Sequence record: OY757091.1
Strand: one strand, 5' to 3'
DNA from: Klebsiella phage vB_Kpn_K17alpha61
Length of the DNA: 48,478 bases
Shown: positions 35,723 through 43,835 of the stretch, piece by piece
Layout of the letters: each line of letters opens with the position of its first letter
Position numbering within the stretch: position 1 is the first letter of the stretch
Program-made: the position numbers and the translations under genes
Notes under the pieces: generated by a model
Seen by the model: only the letters and a program-made list of their open reading frames with translations
Told to the model about the DNA's origin: nothing
The model's database searches: none

Positions 35723-37291
35723 TTACCTCATGAACGAAGGGTTAATAAACACCTCTGAATCAATCACGCAGATGAACCCTAATTCCTCCATCTTCGGCAG
35801 TAGTTTTTCCTTAATCCTTTTGCTCACCCCGGATTGACCTTTGAAGATCTTCAGATTGCGGCACGCATTATAGATGCTCTGAACCGTCATCACGCCTTTC
35901 GCCTGCTTGCCACGGCTGGCGATAACGTCGTACACCGCCTTAATCTCCGCGCCCTCACCAGCGAAGCCGGACGAATCAGCCGATGATAAGTACGTTTTGC
36001 TCAACTCATGAAACATGATGATGGCTTCGTCGATCGTTTCGGTTCCGATCTTCTTCGAGCGCTTGCCGCCAGGTTGCCAGTTGCGGATCGTGTGGATTAC
36101 CGACGCCAGGCGCATCACCTGCTTATCGAATTTACCCATCGCACCGCGCAGCATCGTATGCGAATACTTCCCGCCGTCGCCTAATTCCGGCTCCAACTCC
36201 TGGCGGGCCTTGTTCAGCCGACGCATGCCTGCTTCAGTCACTTCCAGCTTGATATACGATTCCGTCATAATGTCATGAATGAGGCGGAAATAATCAGCGC
36301 GTAAAGACTTGTCGATCGGCTCATAGGTCGAATTCCCGTTTTCGTCAATGAACACACGCTCACCTAACCGCGTTTGCTCGCGAACCAAAAGGAAACGCTC
36401 TGATACACCGATACCGCGAGAACCAGCTTGCATGATGGCGTCGATGGTTTCATCCTGGGCGATTACGCAAATACAGCCCAGCGCGACGAATGACATATTG
36501 TTACTGACGTCGGAACGTGCGATCGATACGTGGCCCTTATCCCACGCCTTCAACACCAGTTCGCTGTTCGTCTTCTTGCCGCCGTCGTTGCCATACGTGA
36601 TCCCTAACAGGCTGTTAACTGCCGTCGCTTCGTCCGAGATAACCGCAAAGTTGCCTTGCCGATTGTTGATTTTCGCCAGGCCTTCCGGCGTGGTATCGGA
36701 GACGGGGAAGGTCAGATCGCACATGCTTTCTAACTTCTCCTCAAGTTCGTCTTTGTCTTCGAACAGTTTAGCCATATCAGACTGCGATAACTCGCCTTTC
36801 ATGGCCTGCTTGTTGGCGGACAACTTCGCCATGATTTTCTTGCGCTCTTTCTTGCGCGCCTCGTTGATTCGCTCAACCTCTGCGACGATCGGATCGATAG
36901 CCAGCGAGTTAATCGCAGACTTACCAGCGGAAGGCGGCTGCGACGTAATGACGTAAAGCGTCGTTGGTTGCTCGCTGCCGTGGTACTCAACCCAAAAGCG
37001 ACCCATCATAGCGGCGGACACGGTTCCGAGGAAATGCATATAAGCCGATGATTCCGGGAATTGAACGGAGCGAGCAGCGTTGAGCGCCAGCTTGCCGACG
37101 ATATCGTAATCATTCGCGATCGAGATCGTGGGATACTTGTCCGCGTTTACGTCGATATCTTTCGGCTTGGGCCAGAAAGAAACTGAGTCGCGATACCCGT
37201 TCGCACGGATGGCTACGCGCAAGGGGCTGGTGCCTTCCCTCTCTGCGATGGCAATAATATCTTGTGGGGACACGCGGTCATTTAAAAACAT
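35723..37291 (-). CDS. DUF3987-family (YfjI-like) replication-associated ATPase
   Basis: LYVITSQPPSAGKSAINSLAIDPI (Walker-like), ISDEATAVNSLL, AGSRGIGVSERFLLV. Confidence 0.8.
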   Translation of the reverse strand: MFLNDRVSPQDIIAIAEREGTSPLRVAIRANGYRDSVSFWPKPKDIDVNADKYPTISIANDYDIVGKLALNAARSVQFPESSAYMHFLGTVSAAMMGRFWVEYHGSEQPTTLYVITSQPPSAGKSAINSLAIDPIVAEVERINEARKKERKKIMAKLSANKQAMKGELSQSDMAKLFEDKDELEEKLESMCDLTFPVSDTTPEGLAKINNRQGNFAVISDEATAVNSLLGITYGNDGGKKTNSELVLKAWDKGHVSIARSDVSNNMSFVALGCICVIAQDETIDAIMQAGSRGIGVSERFLLVREQTRLGERVFIDENGNSTYEPIDKSLRADYFRLIHDIMTESYIKLEVTEAGMRRLNKARQELEPELGDGGKYSHTMLRGAMGKFDKQVMRLASVIHTIRNWQPGGKRSKKIGTETIDEAIIMFHELSKTYLSSADSSGFAGEGAEIKAVYDVIASRGKQAKGVMTVQSIYNACRNLKIFKGQSGVSKRIKEKLLPKMEELGFICVIDSEVFINPSFMR

Positions 37292-37415
37292 GCCTTGCTC
37301 CTGATTGGTTAATCGTGCGGCTAATGATAAGCCGTCTTAAATCCGAGATCCAGTGATAATCTAAACGCACTTGAAAAATGTGCTTAGGTTATCGGGGCGC
37401 ATGGCCCCGAATCCG

Positions 37416-37835
37416 TTACAGGTATTTCGCCTCAAACGTGGTTCCGTCCGACACGCTGAAACCGACCTCCTCACGGTAGAGCGTCCAGCGGCAACCGTCA
37501 CGGTCGAAGATGTACCCTGCGACGCCGCCCAGTGCGCGACCGCTTTCCACCTGGTAACGCTTGCCTACGCTGAAGGATTTTTTCACCGGGTTTTTGTGGT
37601 TGAGGCCGACGCATTTTAGCGTTTTGGTTTTGAGTTCGACAAATTTGGCCTCTGTTGGCTTTCCTTCCAATGTCATGCCCTTCGTCGCCATTTTATCAAG
37701 CTCTACCCACCCATACCCATCAACCCTAACAAATACCGCCCCGCTATTAATCACCTTCCCTTTGTACAGGTTATTCTCCTTAAAAAATAATGTCATGGTT
37801 GACGCGCTGCATTTTAAATTAATGTATTTAGCCAT
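37416..37835 (-). CDS. Hypothetical protein
   Basis: 139 aa ORF in minus-strand gene array. Confidence 0.6.
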   Translation of the reverse strand: MAKYINLKCSASTMTLFFKENNLYKGKVINSGAVFVRVDGYGWVELDKMATKGMTLEGKPTEAKFVELKTKTLKCVGLNHKNPVKKSFSVGKRYQVESGRALGGVAGYIFDRDGCRWTLYREEVGFSVSDGTTFEAKYL

Positions 37836-37836
37836 T

Positions 37837-38019
37837 TTATTTCCTGTCTCCCATTTCGATATAGAGATTTACCAGATCCAGAAAGTCGGATTTGTTTCTG
37901 CAACTCAATTTAAAGCCAACGTGCGATTCGATCTTATTTTGCATTGCCGCCATCGTTGCGCCGACTTTATTCATCTTCAGAACTTCGCGGCATACGTCAG
38001 CAAGTTTTTTAGATATCAT
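37837..38019 (-). CDS. Hypothetical protein
   Basis: 60 aa; start codon lies in copy 1 of a 127-bp tandem repeat. Confidence 0.55.
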   Translation of the reverse strand: MISKKLADVCREVLKMNKVGATMAAMQNKIESHVGFKLSCRNKSDFLDLVNLYIEMGDRK

Positions 38020-38258
38020 ATTTCACCGCCGTAAATTTAGTGTTTTTGCAAGCGCCTTCGATATCGCTAATTAGGCGATTCACTCTGATATTAATCATCG
38101 TTTTGTGGTGCATGACGTCAACAATCCCACATTTTTTAGATATCATATTTCACCGCCGTAAATTTAGTGTTTTTGCAAGCGCCTTCGATATCGCTAATTA
38201 GGCGATTCACTCTGATATTAATCATCGTTTTGTGGTGCATGACGTCAACAATCCCACA
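38005..38258. repeat. Perfect 127-bp tandem duplication (38005-38131 / 38132-38258)
   Basis: Both copies read TTTTTTAGATATCATATTTCACCGCCG...GACGTCAACAATCCCACA without a difference; flanks diverge. Confidence 0.95.
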
Positions 38259-38345
38259 AACCCACAAGATCATGATTGCAAACAGGAAGCCGCCCAAGCC
38301 AGTCATTGAAAGTGCAGTAGCTAACAGCGCGATAATTAATTTCAT
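38136..38345 (-). CDS. Small membrane protein, hypothetical
   Basis: 69 aa, MKLIIALLATALSMTGLGGFLFAIMILWVCGIV hydrophobic N-terminus. Confidence 0.6.
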   Translation of the reverse strand: MKLIIALLATALSMTGLGGFLFAIMILWVCGIVDVMHHKTMINIRVNRLISDIEGACKNTKFTAVKYDI

Positions 38346-38375
38346 TTGTTTACCTCGTTTCTTTTCGATGGAATA

Positions 38376-38419
38376 ACTATACCCGCAATTAAGCGGGTAC
38401 GTTTAGCAATTCGTGCTAT
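38376..38419 (-). promoter_or_regulatory. Marbox-type promoter M3
   Basis: Minus strand ATAGCACGAATTGCTAAAC (complete match), 22 bp, TATAGT (38376-38381). Confidence 0.7.
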
Positions 38420-39108
38420 TCATTAAAATTCGCCTGGAACACGGCGCGAGCGAATCCGCGCGGAGTGATAGAGCGAAGCATCTTTGTTCTTTCAGACTTG
38501 CCGCCAAGGAATTTCCACGCCCAAAAGAAATCGACGCCCTCCACACCTTCCGGCGTTAATAAACGTTTCGGCTCCACGAATCCGTTACCGTGCCAGATGC
38601 ACGTTTTCTTCGTGTAATTGTCGCAGTGCGGCATTTTTGGATGCCAAACTTCCTCATGCGGCGCAACATACCCGCCGAAGTCGCGAGGGTGGAAATAAAA
38701 ATCCGGCTTGCGCCACAGCGTCGACAATTTGCCAACCGGGTTTTCTACCATCCAGGGGCAATTATATTGGTCTCCCAATTGCTCGATCATCTTCGCATCA
38801 TCGGCGGCTGATAGAACATCCTGAGTCTGCCGGGCGTGCTTCACCCCGCTATGCGCTAACAGCGTGCATGAAGGGAAAGCGAAAATAATGTCAGGATCCG
38901 GGATGCCCAGGATCGTGCGCTTCACGTCGAAATCTTTGTCAATCCAGATGTTGACATACTGGATTCTTGCATGTTCCATGCGGATTTTGTACTCGCCGTG
39001 GTCGCCGGAATCTGCGTTAAAGCAATATACATCGCAACCGCGAATTGCCCACGGCAGACCCATAATCCCGGAACCGTCAAACATGCACCACACAACGCGC
39101 TTTTTCAT
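38416..39108 (-). CDS. DNA cytosine-C5 methyltransferase-like protein
   Basis: MFDGSGIMGLPWAIRGCDVYCFNAD, FPSCTLLAHSG (motif IV-like Cys), WMVENPVGKLSTLWRKPDFYFHPRDFGGY. ATG 39108 preceded by GGTGAC. Confidence 0.72.
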   Translation of the reverse strand: MKKRVVWCMFDGSGIMGLPWAIRGCDVYCFNADSGDHGEYKIRMEHARIQYVNIWIDKDFDVKRTILGIPDPDIIFAFPSCTLLAHSGVKHARQTQDVLSAADDAKMIEQLGDQYNCPWMVENPVGKLSTLWRKPDFYFHPRDFGGYVAPHEEVWHPKMPHCDNYTKKTCIWHGNGFVEPKRLLTPEGVEGVDFFWAWKFLGGKSERTKMLRSITPRGFARAVFQANFNE

Positions 39109-39115
39109 TGTCACC

Positions 39116-39355
39116 TCACCAGAAAGGGATACATTCGCGGCAACCTTCTTCACCAGTGCAGCCGCAACTATTTTCTTCTTGCTCTACCAGATCGTCACGC
39201 ATCGGCAGACTTTCGGCATCCATATCCATACTTCCCAGGGCATCCGATAGCGTCATTTCCTGATTGGCTACTTTGATGCAATATTCGCGGTTAAGCCCCG
39301 CATCCTGGGCGGTTAAGAAACGGTGCCAGTAGGCATCGTCGTAATTATCAGCCAT
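39116..39355 (-). CDS. Hypothetical protein with Cys-rich C-terminus
   Basis: 79 aa, ...SCGCTGEEGCRECIPFW. Confidence 0.55.
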   Translation of the reverse strand: MADNYDDAYWHRFLTAQDAGLNREYCIKVANQEMTLSDALGSMDMDAESLPMRDDLVEQEENSCGCTGEEGCRECIPFW

Positions 39356-39491
39356 TGCTTTTCCTCCGGTTAAATTCTCGCAAACTGGCGGCGCATGACT
39401 TCGAACAGGTTTTACCCCAGCCGCGTTTAAGATCCGCCGCCTTGACCTTATAGACAGACCCGCATCCTGGAGCCTCGCAGCACTTCATGCT

Positions 39492-39701
39492 TTACTTCGC
39501 CCCAATGTGATCCGGTCGACCAGTCAGGGAGCTATCGCCGGGATTCTTCGTCGACCAGAAAAGTTGCACTGTCGCGACCTCCTCGCCAAACTCATTGACG
39601 AACATGTAGACGCCCTTGCTTTTCAGAAGCACGGTGCAATGATGCATTTCGCCGTTGACTTCCAGGTATGCGCGATCGCCTTCTTTCATTAGCTTCTCCA
39701 C
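39492..39701 (-). CDS. Hypothetical protein
   Basis: 69 aa. Confidence 0.5.
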   Translation of the reverse strand: MEKLMKEGDRAYLEVNGEMHHCTVLLKSKGVYMFVNEFGEEVATVQLFWSTKNPGDSSLTGRPDHIGAK

Positions 39702-39916
39702 GATTCAATGAACATGCTGTTCGATTCCAGCGTCAGCGTGACGCCAGCCAGGGAGGACGGAATCAGGCGAGCACCCGGAACCGTGCCGACAACATAGCGA
39801 CCATTCGATTTGGTGATCGTGATCTGAGTAAAGCCGGATTCGCGGTTCATGCGGAGAACAACGCGACCGTGCGCATGCAGGACGGCCAGGATCGAATCAG
39901 TCTTCGGATGGTTCAT
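39689..39916 (-). CDS. Hypothetical protein
   Basis: 75 aa; downstream of marbox promoter M4. Confidence 0.6.
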   Translation of the reverse strand: MNHPKTDSILAVLHAHGRVVLRMNRESGFTQITITKSNGRYVVGTVPGARLIPSSLAGVTLTLESNSMFIESWRS

Positions 39917-39948
39917 GTTTTATTTCCTCGTTTAGTTGGTGTGGGGAT

Positions 39949-39992
39949 AGTATGCCACCATCCCCAAATTCTGTTTTAGCAATTCGTGCTAT
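39949..39992 (-). promoter_or_regulatory. Marbox-type promoter M4
   Basis: Minus strand TAGCACGAATTGCTA (39977-39991), 22 bp, CATACT (39949-39954). Confidence 0.65.
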
Positions 39993-40366
39993 TCGGGAGC
40001 GCAGGTCGTGTAATCCTGGCAGATGTAGATTGTGCGCTGAACACGCGGCGCGGCATCCTCCAGGCTCTGAATCTCGATATCGTTGCTGTCGACCCGGCAG
40101 GGTGTTGCACCGAAGATGAAATACCCCGTCTGCTTGTCGTTGATTTGCCACGCCTTGCTTTCGGGAACCGTATTGACGACAAACGGCGTGTCGTCGGCTT
40201 TGAAGTCTTCAGGGTGACGCCCGTAATAGTGGATGATTGCAGCAGTTGCCGCAGCCTTAAACTTTTCCGTCACGTCACGGGCGGCGATCTCACGCGAGAT
40301 CTGGATATCAACATCCGGCGCGCCGACCATGTAGGTAAAGCTGGTTGAAATGGTAACTGTTCTCAT
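39989..40366 (-). CDS. Hypothetical protein
   Basis: 125 aa, end abuts repeat element. Confidence 0.6.
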   Translation of the reverse strand: MRTVTISTSFTYMVGAPDVDIQISREIAARDVTEKFKAAATAAIIHYYGRHPEDFKADDTPFVVNTVPESKAWQINDKQTGYFIFGATPCRVDSNDIEIQSLEDAAPRVQRTIYICQDYTTCAPE

Positions 40367-40606
40367 TTAGATTTTAACCTCGTTTCGGTGGATGAAGTCG
40401 GCGACGTAATGGCACTCGATCGGGTTTTCGATGCCCGCGAGCACCTCGCACGACCCGTTGTTAAGTAACTGGCAATGCTGGCAATCCACACCGCCAACGT
40501 TGGCTATCACAATGGCGATCCCGTTGCATGAACCGCCGAACATCCGATGAGGGAAGGGGTAAGCCTCGCAGGTGCAAACCACCTCCCCGGCCCTCCGCTT
40601 TCTCAT
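40367..40606 (-). CDS. Hypothetical Cys-rich protein
   Basis: MRKRRAGEVVCTCEAYPFPHRMFGGSC...DCQHCQLLNNGSC. Confidence 0.6.
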   Translation of the reverse strand: MRKRRAGEVVCTCEAYPFPHRMFGGSCNGIAIVIANVGGVDCQHCQLLNNGSCEVLAGIENPIECHYVADFIHRNEVKI

Positions 40607-40797
40607 GCGCTCCCCTTCTCGATGCAGAAGACCCAATCGCGAGCATCAACCGCGAAGCGCGCCACGCCGTCGAGCACGATGAAAACGGTCTGCCCGTTAA
40701 CGCCGCGACCCTTCTCAATATCGGTGACGGTGCGGAAAAGGTCGCTTGCGCCATATTGAATCTTGTCCCCGATTACGACGTCGCCAAATGCTTTCAT
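40603..40797 (-). CDS. Hypothetical protein
   Basis: 64 aa, ATGA overlap with downstream gene. Confidence 0.6.
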   Translation of the reverse strand: MKAFGDVVIGDKIQYGASDLFRTVTDIEKGRGVNGQTVFIVLDGVARFAVDARDWVFCIEKGSA

Positions 40798-40828
40798 GGT
40801 TGCTCTCCTGATTGGTTTCGATGTGGTA

Positions 40829-40871
40829 ATGATACCAGGCCTCGCGGCCCGGCGTTTAGCAATTCGTGCTT
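40829..40871 (-). promoter_or_regulatory. Marbox-type promoter M5
   Basis: Minus strand AAGCACGAATTGCTAAAC, 22 bp, TATCAT (40829-40834). Confidence 0.6.
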
Positions 40872-41133
40872 ATTTGATGCCCCGTGCAATTTTATCCATT
40901 TTGCGGAACCAGATAGCCAGGTCTTCGAGCACCTCGAACAGGTCAGCTTTCTTGCTTTCCATGATCGCATCACAAATCAGGTTGATATCGCAAACCATGA
41001 CGCCGAGGCATTCACCGTAAGTACGCACACCAGCAACATTGGAAACCTTGCTATCACGGCGGCACTTCTGCGCCTTGTAAATCAGACTCATGATGTTGGA
41101 GGTCTCTTTTGTAAGAATGTGGACGTTGCTCAT
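40870..41133 (-). CDS. Hypothetical protein
   Basis: MSNVHILTKETSNIMSLIYKAQKCRRDSK...; first gene of minus array. Confidence 0.6.
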   Translation of the reverse strand: MSNVHILTKETSNIMSLIYKAQKCRRDSKVSNVAGVRTYGECLGVMVCDINLICDAIMESKKADLFEVLEDLAIWFRKMDKIARGIK

Positions 41134-41171
41134 GATGTTTCCCCTTTGGCTCAATTCGTTTCGTTGAGGTC

Positions 41172-41214
41172 ATCATAGCAAAGTCGATCTGATGGCTTTT
41201 GACAAAAAATGCTA
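41172..41214 (-). promoter_or_regulatory. Marbox-type promoter M6
   Basis: Minus strand TAGCATTTTTTGTCA (41200-41214), 22 bp, TATGAT (41172-41177). Confidence 0.55.
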
Positions 41215-41219
41215 TTCCT

Positions 41220-41830
41220 GCGTTTGCTGATTATTCCACCGATTCTGAATAGTGGAATAGATGGTGATTGCACCTGATTCCCTGGTGATTAGTTTTGACG
41301 AATCATGATTGCTCTTGATTGTTTCATTTTGTGCAACGATTTTGTGAGCGTTTCAGGATTTGCAACGAATTGCATAAATGTATGCACCATGCACGCAATT
41401 TTCCGATCGAAGCGGTCAAAACAGGCGGCTATTTGTGGTCGCTTTGTGGTTATGTAGTTCTTTGGGGTTGCTTTGTGGCGGGAAAAATCTTACCGAAAAT
41501 CCGCGCAAAAAATGAACAATAAATACATATAGAATATACGTAAGTATATATAAAATAAGAGTATTATTATTATATATCTATATCTATTTCTCTTTGTGGT
41601 AAGATTTATCCGCGTGCTGACTTACTCGTTCGCTACCGCGTCAAAAAATTTTTGATGTTCCGCGCCGCCGTCGTGAAATATATAAAGGGGCATATATAAG
41701 GGGGGTTGGTTACCGAGTTACCACAAAAACGGCAAACGCAGTTGACACAAGGCTTTGATGGGGTATTATTCACGTAGGATTGAGCTTACACCAATCTAAC
41801 CACAAACTTTAACAAAACCACAAAGGAGCC
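41220..41830. repeat. AT-rich intergenic region B with TTTGTGG/CCACAAA boxes (candidate origin/regulatory region)
   Basis: Seven 7-mer boxes: 41432, 41443, 41472, 41593 (TTTGTGG) and 41721, 41800, 41818 (CCACAAA); low-complexity AT core 41520-41590; GTAAGAT boxes at both ends of the core. Confidence 0.65.
41742..41769 (+). promoter_or_regulatory. Near-consensus sigma70 promoter
   Basis: TTGACA (41742-41747), 16-bp spacer, TATTAT (41764-41769); flanked by CCACAAA boxes. Confidence 0.8.
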
Positions 41831-41838
41831 ACAAAAAA

Positions 41839-42402
41839 ATGGCGAGACCAAAAGCACAGGACAGGATCGAAATCACCGATCCCGGCGAGTTGCTCGACCT
41901 GGCAAAGTCGGCAGCAAGAAAGCGGATGGATGCCACTGGCGAAGACCGCGAGCAGGTAGAAGCGACTATCAAAGAGGCATACGACAAAGCCTGGGGCGGC
42001 GGTGAGTACCTGCGGGCGCGATTCGTTGCTGCGGGTCACGACCTGCTTATCAGCGATTCAGAGTACCGCCTTGCCACCAGGGGGAGTGGGCTGTACGACT
42101 CGACGATCTCAAGCGCACTGAAGCGGTTCGCAAAACCAGGGGAGAAAATCAGCAGGCGCGTTGTGAATGGGTTCTACCACGTCACGATCGCAGAAGACTT
42201 GTCGAAGGAGGCGGCAGCGAAAAGCCACGAGGATTCGATCCGGAAGGAGGAGCGGGAGCGGATTAAGGGTTTAGTGGCCGCTCTTGCTGTAGACTTCGCC
42301 GGGAATGCTCTGACCGGGATTTACAAGGCGACCTTGTTCGCAGCTATCGATCTTGGATTGAACGCCAGCGATATCAACCAGGAGGCCAGTCATGAAGAGT
42401 AA
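41839..42402 (+). CDS. Hypothetical protein (candidate early regulator/initiator)
   Basis: 187 aa, MARPKAQDRIEITDPGELLDLAKSAARKRMDATGED...; AAAGGAG SD; only accessory-array gene with a consensus sigma70 promoter. Confidence 0.65.
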   Translation: MARPKAQDRIEITDPGELLDLAKSAARKRMDATGEDREQVEATIKEAYDKAWGGGEYLRARFVAAGHDLLISDSEYRLATRGSGLYDSTISSALKRFAKPGEKISRRVVNGFYHVTIAEDLSKEAAAKSHEDSIRKEERERIKGLVAALAVDFAGNALTGIYKATLFAAIDLGLNASDINQEASHEE

Positions 42403-42613
42403 GACTTCAATAGCCCAAACACTCATGCGGCAATATAGGGGCATGATAAAAACAATGGATCGGGTTGCACTCCAGCAAGCTGTAAAATATTGCTACCGTG
42501 CTCCTGATTCCTGGACTTACAGGTTCAAGGATGACTCCGTGATATGGTTCCACAAGGGTAGGGCGCTCATCATCACGAAGGAAGAGGCGCTAAAACTATG
42601 GAAAAGAGTATGA
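42392..42613 (+). CDS. Hypothetical protein
   Basis: 73 aa, overlaps upstream stop. Confidence 0.6.
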   Translation: MKSKTSIAQTLMRQYRGMIKTMDRVALQQAVKYCYRAPDSWTYRFKDDSVIWFHKGRALIITKEEALKLWKRV

Positions 42614-42642
42614 GGCAGCATCCAGGCCAGCGCGGCCAGCAA

Positions 42643-42685
42643 TAGCACTTTTTGTTAAAACCCGGCCAGGGAGATCGGGTATTAT
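42643..42685 (+). promoter_or_regulatory. Marbox-type promoter P4
   Basis: TAGCACTTTTTGTTA, 22 bp, TATTAT (42680-42685). Confidence 0.65.
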
Positions 42686-42717
42686 CTCTTCATCGACAAC
42701 GAACCGAGGAAAGCGAA

Positions 42718-42870
42718 ATGATTACTCTGATCACCTGGGAACACGAAAACAGCAAGCCAGAAGTGCGTGAGTTCGAGACCGTTGCGGCGTGCTACAACCT
42801 GGCGGCAAACGGTGGCTTTTACAAGGCGCAGATCGTTAACGAGTTCGGGGTTGTCGATTATGAATTTTAA
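42718..42870 (+). CDS. Hypothetical small protein
   Basis: MITLITWEHENSKPEVREFETVAACYNLAANGG...; ATG 42718 after promoter P4. Confidence 0.6.
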   Translation: MITLITWEHENSKPEVREFETVAACYNLAANGGFYKAQIVNEFGVVDYEF

Positions 42871-43069
42871 GGCGAGCGATGTAAAACCTGGCACGGTCTA
42901 CGGATCGCGCCTCAATAACCGCCTTTGGCGCTGGGACGGCGAAACCATGTGGACTAAAGGCGAGGGCGATGTTATTTGGCATGAATGCGGCTGGCCACAC
43001 CCCACAATGAGCCGCCTTGATATCGCTTATTATCTTTCGGTTGGCGATATGCACGAGGTGGAAAGATAG
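42860..43069 (+). CDS. Hypothetical small protein
   Basis: MNFKASDVKPGTVYGSRLNNRLWRWDGETMW... Confidence 0.6.
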   Translation: MNFKASDVKPGTVYGSRLNNRLWRWDGETMWTKGEGDVIWHECGWPHPTMSRLDIAYYLSVGDMHEVER

Positions 43070-43109
43070 CACTTTTTGCTAAAACGCCGATGGCGAGATC
43101 CGGTATTAT
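43067..43109 (+). promoter_or_regulatory. Marbox-type promoter P5
   Basis: TAGCACTTTTTGCTA (TAG = stop of upstream gene), 22 bp, TATTAT (43104-43109). Confidence 0.65.
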
Positions 43110-43141
43110 TTACCCATCGACAACAAACCTATGAGATGAAG

Positions 43142-43249
43142 ATGAGCAAGAAGAATCCATATTCAACCAGCAACTACCATAACGAACACGTCATGCGCTG
43201 GCACTGGCGGAAACTCAAAGGGCGCCACCTTGCACGCCAGGGCAAATAA
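43142..43249 (+). CDS. 35-aa basic peptide
   Basis: MSKKNPYSTSNYHNEHVMRWHWRKLKGRHLARQGK*; sits directly behind promoter P5; absent from supplied track. Confidence 0.5.
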   Translation: MSKKNPYSTSNYHNEHVMRWHWRKLKGRHLARQGK

Positions 43250-43318
43250 TCGCAATAGCGCCGCTTCGGTGGCGCCGTATCCCCACCACAGACACGGCTC
43301 ACGCCAGGAGGATTGGCA

Positions 43319-43543
43319 ATGCCACGATTTTCAGCAACAACCAAACTTCGCACCTTCGCCGGGATGCCTATCCCACACTCATCAACCAAAGCCGTCCAGG
43401 GCAGCGAGCACGGCGTATACTTCCACTGGTTAGGCAAGTGGCGCTTCACTGTAATTCGCGGATTTTACGTCACCTGCGATCGCGTGGATATCGAAGACCA
43501 TTCCGGCGGCAACAAGATTCACGAGTTCAAGAAGCACGAATAG
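43319..43543 (+). CDS. Hypothetical small protein
   Basis: MPRFSATTKLRTFAGMPIPHSSTKAVQGSEHGVYFHW...; AGGAGG SD. Confidence 0.6.
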   Translation: MPRFSATTKLRTFAGMPIPHSSTKAVQGSEHGVYFHWLGKWRFTVIRGFYVTCDRVDIEDHSGGNKIHEFKKHE

Positions 43544-43583
43544 CACTTTTTGCTAAAACTCGATCGGGGCAATGCGTTATTAT
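43541..43583 (+). promoter_or_regulatory. Marbox-type promoter P6
   Basis: TAGCACTTTTTGCTA (TAG = stop of upstream gene), 22 bp, TATTAT (43578-43583). Confidence 0.65.
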
Positions 43584-43612
43584 TACCCCATCGAAACAGA
43601 GGAGCAAAAAAC

Positions 43613-43825
43613 ATGATTGGCAACCACAACAACGAACTGAACGCAGCAGCCCACCGTCGCGCCGTCGAGCAGAACTTCAACGCGCTTAAAGTAGCCTGCG
43701 ATGAGATGAAAGCAATGCTTGAACTGCCGTCATGGGATCCACAACTCGAAGACTACTATGACGGCCTCCGCGTCAAGCGTGACGATATCATCAACCGCCT
43801 GCGCCTGGCCGGAATGTTCCTGTAA
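43613..43825 (+). CDS. Hypothetical small protein
   Basis: MIGNHNNELNAAAHRRAVEQNFNALK... Confidence 0.6.
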   Translation: MIGNHNNELNAAAHRRAVEQNFNALKVACDEMKAMLELPSWDPQLEDYYDGLRVKRDDIINRLRLAGMFL

Positions 43826-43835
43826 GGAGAACGCA

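Noticed and set aside
36348-36956. 202-aa plus-strand ORF (and the 36015-36278 ORF)
   Set aside because: Antisense to the convincing DUF3987 gene; Ser/Leu-rich shadow translation typical of the complementary strand.
37298-37366. Upstream region of DUF3987 as an 18th marbox promoter
   Set aside because: There is a TATCAT with a CGGCT/AGCCG dyad over it, but the position where the box should be (minus GTTTAGATTATCACT) does not match the consensus.
40528-41178. 216-aa plus-strand ORF
   Set aside because: Covers three well-packed minus genes with good starts and a promoter; lacks its own SD/promoter.
43247-43312. AATAGCGCCGCTTCGGTGGCGCC as another copy of the dispersed element
   Set aside because: Shares only AATAGC, lacks the GCAC...TAAA core and the -10; it is a simple hairpin.
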